DNA from: an uncultured candidatus Porisulfidus sp.
GTDB lineage: Bacteria > Pseudomonadota > Gammaproteobacteria > Poriferisulfidales > Poriferisulfidaceae
Length of the DNA stretch: 64,000 nt
NCBI GenBank assembly: GCA_965204575.1
Contig: OZ241993.1
Span: forward strand, 832,001-896,000
Direction of reading: 5' to 3'
Part shown: in pieces, positions 7,444 through 17,887 of the stretch
Position numbering within the stretch: the stretch's first letter is position 1
How the letters are laid out: each line of letters starts with the position of its first letter
Made by a program: the position numbers and the translations under genes
Notes under the pieces: model-generated
Seen by the model: only the letters and a program-made list of their open reading frames with translations
The model's database searches: none
What the model was told of the DNA's origin: nothing

Positions 7444-9309
7444 TCAGTCGATATGCCAGACTAGTCCTGCGCTGAAGTTCCGGTGGGGAGCCGCGTAGCC
7501 GATCACCTCCTGGTAGGATTCGTCGAGAAGATTCCGGATCTCGAAGAGGAGGTCGAACTTCGGGGCCAGGCTATACCGTGCGGACAGGTTGGCCAGGTAA
7601 TAATTCTCGAGCGTTTTCCTTTCTGCGGGGAAACTTGAGAAATCATCGTCCAGCAGCCCCCGCACCGTCGTGAAATCCAACCGCGAGTGCCACGAATCCG
7701 AGTGATGCGCCAATGTCAGCCGGTATTGGTGCCGGGGCCGGCGGACTTCTTTCCTGTCGGTTGCGCTGTCCGGATCCGGTTCGGTCGCGTGCAGGTAGGC
7801 GTAGTGGGCGGAGACGGTCCAGTCCGGGTGGGGCTCGAATTCCAGTTCCAGTTCTCCTCCCCAGCGTTCGGAACGCCCGGATTCGTTGATGGCGGTGGGC
7901 AGCTCGGGGCCAGCGAAACCGTCCGGGTCGTAGTACCCCCGGATTTCATCGCTCAGGCGCTGGTCGAAAAGGCTGAGGCTGACCCGGCAGCAGGCTCCGC
8001 CGGGATTGTGCTCGATGCCGACCTCGGTGTTCCGGGACCGTTCCGGCTGCAGGCCGGGGTTGCCTTGGAAGGTGTCCGGGGAATAACCGTAGCGTTCGGT
8101 CAGGGTCGGGTTGGCGATCCCGATGCCGCTGGCCAGGTAGAGCCGGGTCGGCTGACCGGGGAACTGGTAGGCAAAGGAGACGCGCCAAGTGTCGGCATCT
8201 TCGAAATCATGGTTCTCGTCGCGCCGGAGCGACAGGTCGACCGTGGCCTGGGGGTCGGGCTGCCAGTTCAGCGTCATGAACACGCCGGAGGAGATGAAAT
8301 GCAAGGGCTCGATGCCTTTCCGGTGGTAGCGTTCCCGGCTCCACTCAAGCCCGACGCCGAAGGTGCAGGGTTGCCCGAGAAGGCAATCCTCGAAGTCGCG
8401 CCAGACCAGTTCGTCGATCTGGATGCGGCGTCCCTTGCTTTCGGTGGGGAAGGCATCCTGCGGCTGATTCGTCGTCTGCAGGAAGCCGAGGGTTGCTTGG
8501 TGCTTGAAGGGCCCGGCCTGCGTGTGCAAACTGGCATTCAGATAGGTCCGGCGGTTTCTGGACGTGTACGGGGCGTCCGTGGGCCCGGATCCGTCGTATT
8601 CCGAATTCGCATGTGTCCGACGGACGGAAAAGCGGAAGCCGGTCTCAGCCGAGGGGCGCCACTGTCCGCCCCATTGCAGGGTATTGTTCCGGTAGCCGTC
8701 TCGCTCCGAACCGGTCAACGAGATGTTCTCGCCCCGCGTCTGGAAATGATGCGCGCTGGCTTGCATGCTGAAGCCTTCGGACTCGGTGGCGACCTGGAGC
8801 GTGGTTTCATGACGCTGGTTCGAGCCGGACTTCTGGGTCAGGCTGGAACTGCCTCCCTTTCGGCTGATCAGGTTGACGATGCCGGAGATGGCGTCGCTCC
8901 CCCACAGGGCGCTCGGCACACCCCGTAGGATCTCGATGCGCTCGATCCCGGCGATGCTCAGGTGAGCGAAATCCACGACGCCGCTGGTCGGGTCGCTCAA
9001 CTCGATGCCGTCCAAAAGGATGCGTGTGTGATTGGATTCACCGCCGCGCATCCTCAGGGCCGTCAATGTCCCGCTGCCCCCTTGCTGGCTGACGGTCAGC
9101 CCGGGGATCTCGCGCAGGACGTCCGAGATGGTGGCGCCCGTCCCGCGCCAGTCGTCCAGGTCGATGATGGTGACGCTGCTGCCGACGGTGTGCACGGGCT
9201 GGGGGATGCGCGAAGCGGTGATGATGAGGGTCTCAATGTCCTGCGCAGCGGGCAGGGGCGAACACCAGAGCGCGATGAGCACAAGCGGCAACAGGGTCTT
9301 TTTGGGCAT
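7444..9309 (-). CDS. btuB: TonB-dependent receptor, likely vitamin B12 transporter
   Basis: Signal peptide, TonB box ETLIITASR, plug motifs (RGG, IERIEILRG..SALWGSDA), NPGLQPE; lies downstream of a cobalamin riboswitch. Confidence 0.85.
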   Translation of the reverse strand: MPKKTLLPLVLIALWCSPLPAAQDIETLIITASRIPQPVHTVGSSVTIIDLDDWRGTGATISDVLREIPGLTVSQQGGSGTLTALRMRGGESNHTRILLDGIELSDPTSGVVDFAHLSIAGIERIEILRGVPSALWGSDAISGIVNLISRKGGSSSLTQKSGSNQRHETTLQVATESEGFSMQASAHHFQTRGENISLTGSERDGYRNNTLQWGGQWRPSAETGFRFSVRRTHANSEYDGSGPTDAPYTSRNRRTYLNASLHTQAGPFKHQATLGFLQTTNQPQDAFPTESKGRRIQIDELVWRDFEDCLLGQPCTFGVGLEWSRERYHRKGIEPLHFISSGVFMTLNWQPDPQATVDLSLRRDENHDFEDADTWRVSFAYQFPGQPTRLYLASGIGIANPTLTERYGYSPDTFQGNPGLQPERSRNTEVGIEHNPGGACCRVSLSLFDQRLSDEIRGYYDPDGFAGPELPTAINESGRSERWGGELELEFEPHPDWTVSAHYAYLHATEPDPDSATDRKEVRRPRHQYRLTLAHHSDSWHSRLDFTTVRGLLDDDFSSFPAERKTLENYYLANLSARYSLAPKFDLLFEIRNLLDESYQEVIGYAAPHRNFSAGLVWHID

Positions 9310-9407
9310 GTCGGCTCCAATCCGGGGTTGAAGCAGACACAGGGAAACGGCACGATCGGGCGACCGCGCGTCATCCCGATCGCCCACCGCAACCGTGACA
9401 ATTCAGA

Positions 9408-9570
9408 ATGAGGCCGGTCTCCGGGCTTGCGAGGGTTACCCGGACACTTCCTTCCCAGGCCGAGGCCCAGTGGCTTGCGTGTCCCTCTCGCCTACCGTTG
9501 CGGGGGCAGCGCCGGCTTTGCGTTTGCGCACCGGCTTCCCTGTTTCATCTGTCGGACAGACACCCCATCC
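9408..9570 (-). ncRNA. Cobalamin (AdoCbl) riboswitch
   Basis: Minus strand carries AGGGAAGCCGGTG (9529-9541), CTGCCCCCGCAACGGT (9494-9509), GCCACTGGG (9466-9474), GGGAAG (9451-9456) and the B12 box AGCCCGGAGACCGGCC (9412-9427). Confidence 0.93.
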
Positions 9571-9611
9571 CGCAGGGTGGGGCAGTGTAACACGCGGGAA
9601 AGGGAGAAGTG

Positions 9612-10316
9612 TCAGGCCGCGCTGGCGGCGAGCGACAACTCTTGCAGGATAGACCGGACGGCAGCGGGGGGATCGTCGGCCTGCACCACCGGGCGTCCGA
9701 TCACCAGATGATTGGCGCCGGCTTCGGCGGCCTCTTTGGGCGTGACCGTCCGCTTCTGGTCGTCCGCGGTCGCGGCCGGCCGAATACCGGGCGTGACGAT
9801 CCAGAAATCCGGCCCGCACGCCTCGCGGATCTGCCGTGCCTCCCGGGCCGAGCAGACGATGCCCGAAAGATTGGCCTGCAGCGCGAGCTGGGCCAACCGG
9901 ACAACCTGTTCTTCGGCAGAACGCTGCCCGATAGCGTCCAGATCCTCGTCGTCCAGCGAGGTCAGCACCGTGATGGCCACGACACGCAGTTCGTCCTGCG
10001 CCGCTTCGCGGGCCGCTTCCAGCATGGCCGGTCCGCCCGAGGCGTGCACGGTGCACATCCACACGCCCATCTCCCGCGCGGCGCGGCAGGCGGCCGCCAC
10101 CGTGTTCGGGATGTCGTTGAACTTGAGGTCCAGAAAGATCTCGAAACCCTGCTGCTTCAGGTCGCGGATCAACTCCGGCCCGCCCTTGACGAACAGTTCG
10201 GACCCAACCTTGAGGCGGCAGTCGCCGGGTGAGAGGCGGCGTGCAAAATCCACGGCCTCCCGGCTGCTCAGGCCGTCCAGGGCGATGATCAGGCCGGGCG
10301 CCGGATCCGCAGGCAT
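9612..10316 (-). CDS. pyrF: Orotidine-5'-phosphate decarboxylase
   Basis: IIALD, KVG, FLDLKFNDIPNTV, VTPGIRP, DDQKR, VIGRP motifs. Confidence 0.97.
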   Translation of the reverse strand: MPADPAPGLIIALDGLSSREAVDFARRLSPGDCRLKVGSELFVKGGPELIRDLKQQGFEIFLDLKFNDIPNTVAAACRAAREMGVWMCTVHASGGPAMLEAAREAAQDELRVVAITVLTSLDDEDLDAIGQRSAEEQVVRLAQLALQANLSGIVCSAREARQIREACGPDFWIVTPGIRPAATADDQKRTVTPKEAAEAGANHLVIGRPVVQADDPPAAVRSILQELSLAASAA

Positions 10317-10323
10317 TGAAATA

Positions 10324-11520
10324 CTAGACCAGGTAGGGGCGGTGCGGGGTCTTCTCGGCGTAGGGCTCGATCGGCCGCAGGGTGTCCCACTGCTGGCAAC
10401 TCGGGCACTGCCAGAACAGCTTGTGCACCTGGAACTGGCACTCCGAGCATTCGTGGGTCGGACGGTCGGCGAGGTAACGGTCCAGCGTGGTCAGGATCTG
10501 GCGCATGCTCTGCTGGTCGGCCGCGACCCGGTTCTCGGTGATCGCTTCCACGTATTCGCGCAGCAGGACCAGCGAAGAGGGGTTGGACTGGAAGGTGCCG
10601 TCGAAGATCTCATCCAATCCTCTGTCGCCGTTCTGTCGAAGATCCTCGACCAGGGACAGCACCGGGAACAGGGCATGCGGCTGGGTTCGTGCTTGGTGCA
10701 AAAACTGGCGGAATCCGTCCAGGTCTCCCTGGGCCTGGTAGGCCTTGTGGATGAGCCGGATGATTCGCGGCGCGAACGCCGGGCGCTTCTCGTAAGCATC
10801 CCGGTAGTGGCGAATGGCGGCATGGTAGTCGCGCCGCTGGGTCGCGATGTCGCCGAGCATGATGTGCGCCCGCGCGCAGTCGCGGTAGTGACTCAGGGCT
10901 TTGTGCGCGTGCTGGACCGCTTGCTCCTCGCCATTGCCGTTGGCGCTCGTCGCCAGTGCGTTCTCTCCCAGCTCGCAGTAGTACTGGGCAATGATTTCCT
11001 GCTGCGACCCGCCGCCTTCGCGCTCGATGTTGCGAGTGACGTGAATCGCTTTCTTCCATTCTTTTTCCTGCTCGTAGATCTCGCGCAGGTGCTGCAGCGC
11101 TTCCAACTGGTGGCTGCCGGTGTCGAGCACGCCGCCGAGCAGGTGCTCGGCCCGGTCGAACAGGCCCGACTTCAGGTAGTCCCGAGCCAGTTCCAGCAGC
11201 GCGTCGGCCTTGGTCTGGTCGTCCAGGTCCGGGCGCGCGATCAAATTCTGGTGCAGGCGGATGGCGCGCTCCACCTCGCCTCGCCGGCGCAGCAGGTTGC
11301 CGAGCACGATGTAGGTCTCGACGGTGTCGGCATCCAGGTCGACGACGTCGACGAACAGGTCGATGGCCTTGTCCGGCTGTTCGTTGAGCAGGTAGTTGAT
11401 GCCCTTGAGGTAGTGGCCCGGGATCGGCTTGGCCTGGTGGCGCTGCATGTCGCGCCGTGCCGCCCACCAGCCGGTGAGTGCCGCGACCGGCAGCAGGAGC
11501 CAGAGCAGGGCGCTCATCAT
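10324..11520 (-). CDS. lapB: LPS assembly protein B (TPR + rubredoxin)
   Basis: YLKGINYLLNEQPDKAI, GEVERAIRLHQNL, C-terminal CxxC..CPSC. Confidence 0.95.
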   Translation of the reverse strand: MMSALLWLLLPVAALTGWWAARRDMQRHQAKPIPGHYLKGINYLLNEQPDKAIDLFVDVVDLDADTVETYIVLGNLLRRRGEVERAIRLHQNLIARPDLDDQTKADALLELARDYLKSGLFDRAEHLLGGVLDTGSHQLEALQHLREIYEQEKEWKKAIHVTRNIEREGGGSQQEIIAQYYCELGENALATSANGNGEEQAVQHAHKALSHYRDCARAHIMLGDIATQRRDYHAAIRHYRDAYEKRPAFAPRIIRLIHKAYQAQGDLDGFRQFLHQARTQPHALFPVLSLVEDLRQNGDRGLDEIFDGTFQSNPSSLVLLREYVEAITENRVAADQQSMRQILTTLDRYLADRPTHECSECQFQVHKLFWQCPSCQQWDTLRPIEPYAEKTPHRPYLV

Positions 11521-11521
11521 G

Positions 11522-11812
11522 TCAGGCCTCGTGGATCGGCATGCGCCGCAGGTTGCGAACTTCCTGGTAAACCAGGTCGTACTGGCGCTGCAGGCGGGTC
11601 AGTTTGAACCGGTAGCGCAACACCATCCAGCCGCCGAGCCCCATGGCGAGGATCAGCCCCAGTCCCAGCGTGGCCAGCAGCGCGAACCCCAACTGCAGCG
11701 TGTACTCGGCGAAATACAGGTTGATGCCGACCGCTTGAGGGTTGGCCATCACCAGCATCAGGCCGAAGGCCATTACCAGCAGGAAGATGAGAAATGCACC
11801 CAGTTTGTTCAT
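11522..11812 (-). CDS. lapA: LPS assembly protein A (DUF1049)
   Basis: Two TM helices plus basic coiled tail, located between ihfB and lapB. Confidence 0.85.
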   Translation of the reverse strand: MNKLGAFLIFLLVMAFGLMLVMANPQAVGINLYFAEYTLQLGFALLATLGLGLILAMGLGGWMVLRYRFKLTRLQRQYDLVYQEVRNLRRMPIHEA

Positions 11813-11900
11813 GTTCGGCGCCTCGAAGAGCCGGACATATGAATATAGCACGGCTCGACCGGATTTTCACCGCAAAACTGCGGGAGAAGAAATACGGGAA

Positions 11901-12215
11901 TTACTGGAACAGGTCGCGCAGTTTTTCGCGCAGGCTCTTGCCAGGCTTGAAGTGAGGCACGTGGCGCGTGCCCAGCATGACGTGGTCGCCGGTGCGGGGG
12001 TTGCAGGCCATGCGCGGCTGGCGCTCGCGCAGGCTGAAACTGCCGAAGCCGCGCAATTCCACCCGATCGTTCTGTGCCAGGCCTTCGGCGATGTGGTCGA
12101 AGACCAGCTTGACCGCCTCGTCCACGTCGCGCGGCGACAGGTGATCCTGCTTGGTCGTAATGCGCTCGATCAACTGGCTTCGGTTGATCTGGGCGGCGTT
12201 GTCTCGGGCAGGCAT
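11901..12215 (-). CDS. ihfB: Integration host factor beta
   Basis: RVELRGFGSF..NPRTG..VPHFKPGK; follows rpsA. Confidence 0.93.
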   Translation of the reverse strand: MPARDNAAQINRSQLIERITTKQDHLSPRDVDEAVKLVFDHIAEGLAQNDRVELRGFGSFSLRERQPRMACNPRTGDHVMLGTRHVPHFKPGKSLREKLRDLFQ

Positions 12216-12228
12216 AATCGGTTCGGGC

Positions 12229-13914
12229 TCAGGAATCGTCGTCCTTCCGGCCTACCAGTTTATCGCGAAGTATGCCGCCCAGCGATTTGCTGATCTTGGG
12301 GGCGGCTTCCTTGTACTCCTTGACCGCCTGTTTTTCTTCGGCCTGGTCCTTGGCCCGGACCGACAGGCTCAGGTGGCGGTTCTTGCGGTCGAACGACTGG
12401 ATAAACGCTTCCAGGGTGTCGCCGACCTTGACATGGTTGCGGGCATCTTCCACCGAGTCGTCCGCCAGTTCGGAGGCCGGGATCGAGCCGGTGATGTGCT
12501 CCGCCACCTCCACGGTGATCGTGCGGGACTCGACTTCGGTGACCGTGCAGGAGACGGCCTGGCCCTTGGGATGCTTCTTGAGCCAGCCTTGGACCGGGTC
12601 TTCCGTCAGTTGCTTGATGCCGAGCGAGACGCGCTCGCGGTCGACGTCGACGGACAGGACCTTGGCTTCGATTTCATTGCCCTTGCGGTACTCGTGGATG
12701 ACCTTCTCGCCGGGGTCGGTCCAGGACAGGTCGGACAGGTGGATCAGGCCGTCGATGCCGCCTTCCAGGCCGACGAAGATGCCGAAGTCGGTAATCGACT
12801 TGACGGTGCCGGCCACTTGCGCGCCCTTGCTGTACATGGCGGCGAACGCCTCCCAGGGATTGGCGGTGCACTGCTTCATGCCGAGCGAGATGCGGCGGCG
12901 CTCCAGATCGATCTCCAGCACCATCACCTCGACCGTCTCGCCGAGCGTCACCATCCGGGACGGGTTGGCGTTGCGCGAGGTCCAGTCCATCTCCGAGGCG
13001 TGCACCAGGCCCTCGATGCCGTCCTCGATCTCGACGAAGCAGCCGTAATCGGTAATGCTGGTCACCGTGCCCGGGACCTTGCTGCCGACCTCGTAGCGGT
13101 CCATGATGTTCTCCCACGGGTCCTCCGTCAGCTGCTTGATGCCGAGCGAGACCCGGCCGCTTTCCTGATCGTAGCTCAGGATCTTGACGTCGATTTCCTG
13201 GCCGACCTCCACCACGTCGGACGGATGCTTGATGCGCCGCCAGGCCATGTCGGTAATGTGCAGGAGGCCATCGACGCCGCCGAGATCCAGGAAGGCGCCG
13301 TATTCGGTCAGGTTCTTGACCGTGCCGCGCACCACGCCGCTCTCGGAGAGCTTCTTCAGCATGGCGTCGCGCTCGGCGCTGTGCTCGGTCTTGAGCACGG
13401 CCCGGCGGGATACGACCACGTTGTCGCGGCGCCGGTCGATCTTGATGATCTTGAATTCCAGTTCGCGGTTTTCCAGGTAGGCCGTGTCGCGCACGGGGCG
13501 GACATCGACCAGCGAACCCGGCAGGAAGGCGCGGATCGAGTTGAGGTTGATGGTGAAGCCGCCCTTGATCTTGTTGACGATGGTGCCGGTGACGTTGGTG
13601 TTTTCCTCGTAGGCTTTCTCCAGGTCGCTCCAGATGCGGATGCGCTTGGCGCGTTCGCGCGACATGCGGGTCTCGCCGTTGCCGTCCTCGATGGCGTCCA
13701 GGGAGACCTCGACGGTGTCGCCGACTTCGACCTCCAGCTTGCCGTCGGGGCCGACGAACTGGTCGGCCGGGATGAAGCATTCGGATTTCAGTCCGGCGCT
13801 GACGACGACGGAGTCCGGCCGGATGTCCACGACGGTGCCGTCGATGATCGAGCCGGCCCGCGTCTGCAGGTGTGCAATGTTCTCTTCGAGAAGTTCCGCG
13901 AAGGATTCGCTCAT
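12229..13914 (-). CDS. rpsA: 30S ribosomal protein S1
   Basis: MSESFAELL start; six S1 repeats ([19 protein letters not shown]). Confidence 0.98.
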   Translation of the reverse strand: MSESFAELLEENIAHLQTRAGSIIDGTVVDIRPDSVVVSAGLKSECFIPADQFVGPDGKLEVEVGDTVEVSLDAIEDGNGETRMSRERAKRIRIWSDLEKAYEENTNVTGTIVNKIKGGFTINLNSIRAFLPGSLVDVRPVRDTAYLENRELEFKIIKIDRRRDNVVVSRRAVLKTEHSAERDAMLKKLSESGVVRGTVKNLTEYGAFLDLGGVDGLLHITDMAWRRIKHPSDVVEVGQEIDVKILSYDQESGRVSLGIKQLTEDPWENIMDRYEVGSKVPGTVTSITDYGCFVEIEDGIEGLVHASEMDWTSRNANPSRMVTLGETVEVMVLEIDLERRRISLGMKQCTANPWEAFAAMYSKGAQVAGTVKSITDFGIFVGLEGGIDGLIHLSDLSWTDPGEKVIHEYRKGNEIEAKVLSVDVDRERVSLGIKQLTEDPVQGWLKKHPKGQAVSCTVTEVESRTITVEVAEHITGSIPASELADDSVEDARNHVKVGDTLEAFIQSFDRKNRHLSLSVRAKDQAEEKQAVKEYKEAAPKISKSLGGILRDKLVGRKDDDS

Positions 13915-14612
13915 GGATGGGTGCCCTTGTCTGATGGAGTTAATATTCCGGGCAGGCAGGCCCGGGCCTTTGCATGAACCTCCTCGATCGATTGTTCGCT
14001 GGTGTCGATCAGGCAGGCATCGGGAGCCTGAACCAGGGGCGATTCACCCCGCCGCATGTCTTGAAGATCACGCTGGTTCAACTCGTCGATTAGCGTATTA
14101 AGTCTAGCATTGATCCCCATTTCCTCCAACTGACGCTGCCTCCGGCGCGCCCGGACTTCCAGCGAAGCGACCAGGTGGAACTTCAGGCAGGCGTCCGGGA
14201 AGACCACGGTTCCCATGTCGCGTCCGTCGGCCACCAGCCCGGGCATTCGGCGTGCCGCGCGCTGATGATCCAGCAGGGCGCGGCGGACTTCCGGATGGAC
14301 CGAGACGCGCGAGGCGACCTGCCCGACTTCCGGCGCCCGGATGCGGGTCGTGACGTCGGTTCCATCCAGCAGGATCCGGATCGATTCCGGCCGGGTCTCG
14401 ATCTCGACTCGCATGGCTTGGGCGATCCCGCCGCAGGCGGCCGCGTCGTCGGGATCCGTGCCTGCCTGCAGGACGGCCAGCCCGGCGGCGCGGTACAGGG
14501 CGCCGGAGTCGAGGTAGTGCCAGCCCAGTTCGTTCGCGAGATTCCGGGCCAGCGTACCCTTGCCGGATCCGGCAGTGCCGTCGACGGCGATGACGGGAGC
14601 GGCCTCAGGCAT
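13911..14612 (-). CDS. cmk: Cytidylate kinase
   Basis: [36 protein letters not shown]; start at ATG 14612. Confidence 0.96.
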   Translation of the reverse strand: MPEAAPVIAVDGTAGSGKGTLARNLANELGWHYLDSGALYRAAGLAVLQAGTDPDDAAACGGIAQAMRVEIETRPESIRILLDGTDVTTRIRAPEVGQVASRVSVHPEVRRALLDHQRAARRMPGLVADGRDMGTVVFPDACLKFHLVASLEVRARRRQRQLEEMGINARLNTLIDELNQRDLQDMRRGESPLVQAPDACLIDTSEQSIEEVHAKARACLPGILTPSDKGTHP

Positions 14613-15909
14613 CGTGCAGGCGTATTCCGGCCTGACGGGCGAGGCCGGGGAATTCGGGGAACGAGGTCGCCGCCCACTGCGCGCCTTCGACGGCGACCGG
14701 TTCCGAGGCCGCCAGCGCGGCAATCGCGAACGCCATGGCAATGCGGTGATCCCGGTGGCTTTGGATCGTGCCGCCGCCCAGTGGCCCGCCTGCAATCCGG
14801 ACGGCATCGCCGTCGATCTCCATCGGCACGCCCAGCGTTTCCAGGCCTTCCGCCATGGCGGCGACCCGGTCGCTTTCCTTGATCCTCAACTCGCCGACCC
14901 CGGACAGGGTGGTCACCCCTTCCGCACAGGCGGCGGCCACGCACAGCACCGGAAATTCATCGATGGCATTGGCGACCAGATCGGGCCCGATGTCGATCCC
15001 GGTCAGCGAGCTGCTGCGCACGGCGAGGTCGGCGACCGGCTCCCGGCCGACGGAATCGGCGGCGTCAAGGGTCAGGTCGGCTCCCATTTTCGCGAGGATC
15101 TGCAGGATCCCGTCGCGCCGCGGGTTGACGCCGACGCCGGGCAGTTTCAGTTCGGAGCCCGGCGCAATCAAGGCGCCTACGATGAAGAAGGCGGCGGCCG
15201 ACAGGTCGCGCGGGACGGTGATCTCGGCACCGTGAAGGGCCTGTCCGCCCTCGACGCAGATTTGTGCGCCGTCCACTTCGCAGTCTGCACCGAACAATGG
15301 CAGCATGCGTTCGGTGTGATCCCTTGACGGTACCGCTTCCGTCAGGCAGGTACGGCCTTGGGCCTGAAGCCCGGCAAGCAGGAGGGCGGACTTGACTTGT
15401 GCACTTGCGACCGGAGTCCCGTAAGTGATCCCCTGCAGGGAGGTGCCGTCAATACGGATCGGCGGGTGGCCGGAATCGGTCTCGATGCGTGCGCCCATCT
15501 CCCTCAGGGGGACGGCGACCCGCTCCATGGGCCGCTGCGACAGCGAGGCATCCCCGATCAGCGTGGCGGGGAAAGGGCGGGCCGCCAGCAGGCCGCACAA
15601 CAGCCGCATGGCCGTGCCGGAATTCCCAAGATCCAGCGGGGCCTCCGGAGCCGTCAACCCGTCAGGGCCGCGGCCTTCCACCACCCAGCTTCCGGGCGAG
15701 GCTTCCCGGATGTCCACGCCCATCTGGGCAAGCGCGCGGGCGGTCGCCCGGCAGTCTTCGCTGTCGAGGACGCCTTCCAGCCGGCTGGTGCCCTCGGCAA
15801 GGGCGGCGATCAGGAAGGCCCGGTGGCTGATGGACTTGTCGCCGGGCAAGGCGAGGGTTCCGCGGACCTGACCTCCCGGTTCCAGTCGCCAGCCGTCACT
15901 CGTGTCCAT
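14605..15909 (-). CDS. aroA: EPSP synthase
   Basis: PGDKSISHR, GNSGTAMRL, SAQVKSA, RDHTERML, ELRIKESDR, DHRIAM motifs. Confidence 0.97.
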   Translation of the reverse strand: MDTSDGWRLEPGGQVRGTLALPGDKSISHRAFLIAALAEGTSRLEGVLDSEDCRATARALAQMGVDIREASPGSWVVEGRGPDGLTAPEAPLDLGNSGTAMRLLCGLLAARPFPATLIGDASLSQRPMERVAVPLREMGARIETDSGHPPIRIDGTSLQGITYGTPVASAQVKSALLLAGLQAQGRTCLTEAVPSRDHTERMLPLFGADCEVDGAQICVEGGQALHGAEITVPRDLSAAAFFIVGALIAPGSELKLPGVGVNPRRDGILQILAKMGADLTLDAADSVGREPVADLAVRSSSLTGIDIGPDLVANAIDEFPVLCVAAACAEGVTTLSGVGELRIKESDRVAAMAEGLETLGVPMEIDGDAVRIAGGPLGGGTIQSHRDHRIAMAFAIAALAASEPVAVEGAQWAATSFPEFPGLARQAGIRLHDA

Positions 15910-16765
15910 CGGGACGCAAGGTGTCGCGGGTCTTCTTCGCGGTCGTGAACGAGCCTCGCAGCACATCGGACTGGTCGTTGTGCAGGGCATCGATCAGTTC
16001 GCCGATGCGGCCCTGGAATTGCTTCAGGACGGGCGCCAGGTGCTCACGGTTGGCTTGGCAGATGTCGAGCCAGAGTTCCGGGTTGCTGGAGGCAATGCGG
16101 GTGAAGTCGAGCAGGCCGCCTGCGGCATAGCGCTTCAACTCCTCGGCCGGGAACGTGTCGGTCAGGACCTCCATCAGGGCATAGGCGAGCACATGCGGGA
16201 GATGGCTGATGCCTGCGAACAGCGCGTCGTGCGTATCCGCATCCATGCGTTCGACCTGCGCGCCGAGCTGCTCCCACATCCAGCAGATCCGGTCGACTTT
16301 CCCGGAGTCGGTGTTGCTGACCGGGGTCAGCACCACGCGGCGGTCGCGGAACAGGCCGCTGCTGGCATGCTGCGCCCCGCTTTTCTCCGTACCGGAAATC
16401 GGGTGCCCGGGCACGAACCAGGGCGGAACCTGGCCACACGCTTGCTCAATCTCTTGCAGCACGGGCTTCTTGATGCTGCCGACATCGGTGACCACCTGGT
16501 GCTCGGCAATATGCGGCTCCAGGTTCCGGCAGACCTCGGCAATGGCGGCAGGCGGGGTGGCCAGCACGATCAATTCGACCTCTTTGGCCGCAGCCTCGGG
16601 GGTCGGGTGGATTGCATCGATCAAGTCGAGGCCGCGCGCCTGCTCCAGTGCCTCCGAGTCCGAATCGTAGCCGTGGATCGCATGTACGGCCCCGGCTGCC
16701 CGCAGCCCTGCCGCCATGGACCCGCCGATGTGTCCGACTCCGATCAGCGCGAGGGACGTGCTCAT
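15896..16765 (-). CDS. tyrA: Prephenate/arogenate dehydrogenase
   Basis: GVGHIGGS, DVGSIK, HPISGTEKSG, HD..SHLPH, DFTRIASS motifs. Confidence 0.93.
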   Translation of the reverse strand: MSTSLALIGVGHIGGSMAAGLRAAGAVHAIHGYDSDSEALEQARGLDLIDAIHPTPEAAAKEVELIVLATPPAAIAEVCRNLEPHIAEHQVVTDVGSIKKPVLQEIEQACGQVPPWFVPGHPISGTEKSGAQHASSGLFRDRRVVLTPVSNTDSGKVDRICWMWEQLGAQVERMDADTHDALFAGISHLPHVLAYALMEVLTDTFPAEELKRYAAGGLLDFTRIASSNPELWLDICQANREHLAPVLKQFQGRIGELIDALHNDQSDVLRGSFTTAKKTRDTLRPDGHE

Positions 16766-17883
16766 GATGCCCGCCATGCCTGCAACGCGTCGACCAGGGT
16801 TCGGGTCTCCTCGGCGGTGCCGATGGTGCAGCGCAGCCAGTTCGGCAGTTCGTATTCCGGCAGTGCACGCACCAGGATCCCGCGCTCGCGCAGGAAATCC
16901 ACCACGGCCCGGGCCTGCCCGCCGAAGTCCAGGGTCAGGAAATTGCCATGCGTGCCCAGCGCGCGCAGTTCAAGCTCGCGGGCCGTCCTCAGCAGCTGGC
17001 GCATGCCCTGGGCATTGACGGCCCGGCTGTGCGTCACGTGTTCCTCGTCGCCGACGGCGGCCACTGCCGCCTGTTGCGCCAGCGTGTTGACGTTGAAAGG
17101 CTGCCGCACCCGGTTGAGCATCGCGATGACTTCGGGGTGGGCCAGCGCGTAGCCGATGCGCAGGCCGGCCAACCCGAAAATCTTGGAAAACGTCCGGGTC
17201 ACGATCACCTGCGGGTATTCCAGGAACCGCCCGGCCGCCGGGATCGGGTCGCGGTATTCGGCGTAGGCCTCGTCCAGCACGACCAGGACCTGGGGCGGCA
17301 GCGCCTCGATCAAGGCCCGAATCTCGCCGTCTTCCAGCACGGTGCCGGTCGGGTTGTTCGGGTTGGCGATGAACACCACGGCCGTGGTCTCGTCCACGCA
17401 TTCGAGCAGCGCCTTCGGGTCGTGCCCCAGCGGCTGCTCGTGCTCGACCGGGTATGGGGCCGAAATCCGTGCCGTGGCGCCTGCCGCCTGCACCACCAGC
17501 GGGTAGACCACGAAGGCGTGCCGCGCGAACGCGGCGCTGCGGCCCGCCTCCAGGTAGGCGCACGCGACCAGGTCCAGCAAGTCGGAAGAACCATTGCCGA
17601 AGATCAGGCAGTCGGGCGGGCAGTCGTGACGGGCGCTCAGCGCCTCTCTCAACGCGTGCCCGTCGTTGTCGGGGTAGCGGGACAGGTTGGCGGGCTCCCC
17701 CAGGGCGGCCACCGCCTCGGCGGATGGGCCAAGCGGATTTTCGTTGGAGGCCAGGCGGCAGACCTTCTCGTCCACGGTGCTGGGCCGGGCGCCGGGCACG
17801 TAGGGGGCCAGGCCCTGCACGCAGGGGCGTGCGGCCGCGACGATGCGCCGCAATGCCGCGGCATCGGAGTCGGAAGCAGTCAT
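16762..17883 (-). CDS. hisC: Histidinol-phosphate aminotransferase
   Basis: LASNENPLG, NPNNPTG, DEAY, RTFSKIFGLAGLRIGY motifs. Confidence 0.95.
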   Translation of the reverse strand: MTASDSDAAALRRIVAAARPCVQGLAPYVPGARPSTVDEKVCRLASNENPLGPSAEAVAALGEPANLSRYPDNDGHALREALSARHDCPPDCLIFGNGSSDLLDLVACAYLEAGRSAAFARHAFVVYPLVVQAAGATARISAPYPVEHEQPLGHDPKALLECVDETTAVVFIANPNNPTGTVLEDGEIRALIEALPPQVLVVLDEAYAEYRDPIPAAGRFLEYPQVIVTRTFSKIFGLAGLRIGYALAHPEVIAMLNRVRQPFNVNTLAQQAAVAAVGDEEHVTHSRAVNAQGMRQLLRTARELELRALGTHGNFLTLDFGGQARAVVDFLRERGILVRALPEYELPNWLRCTIGTAEETRTLVDALQAWRAS

Positions 17884-17887
17884 GAGG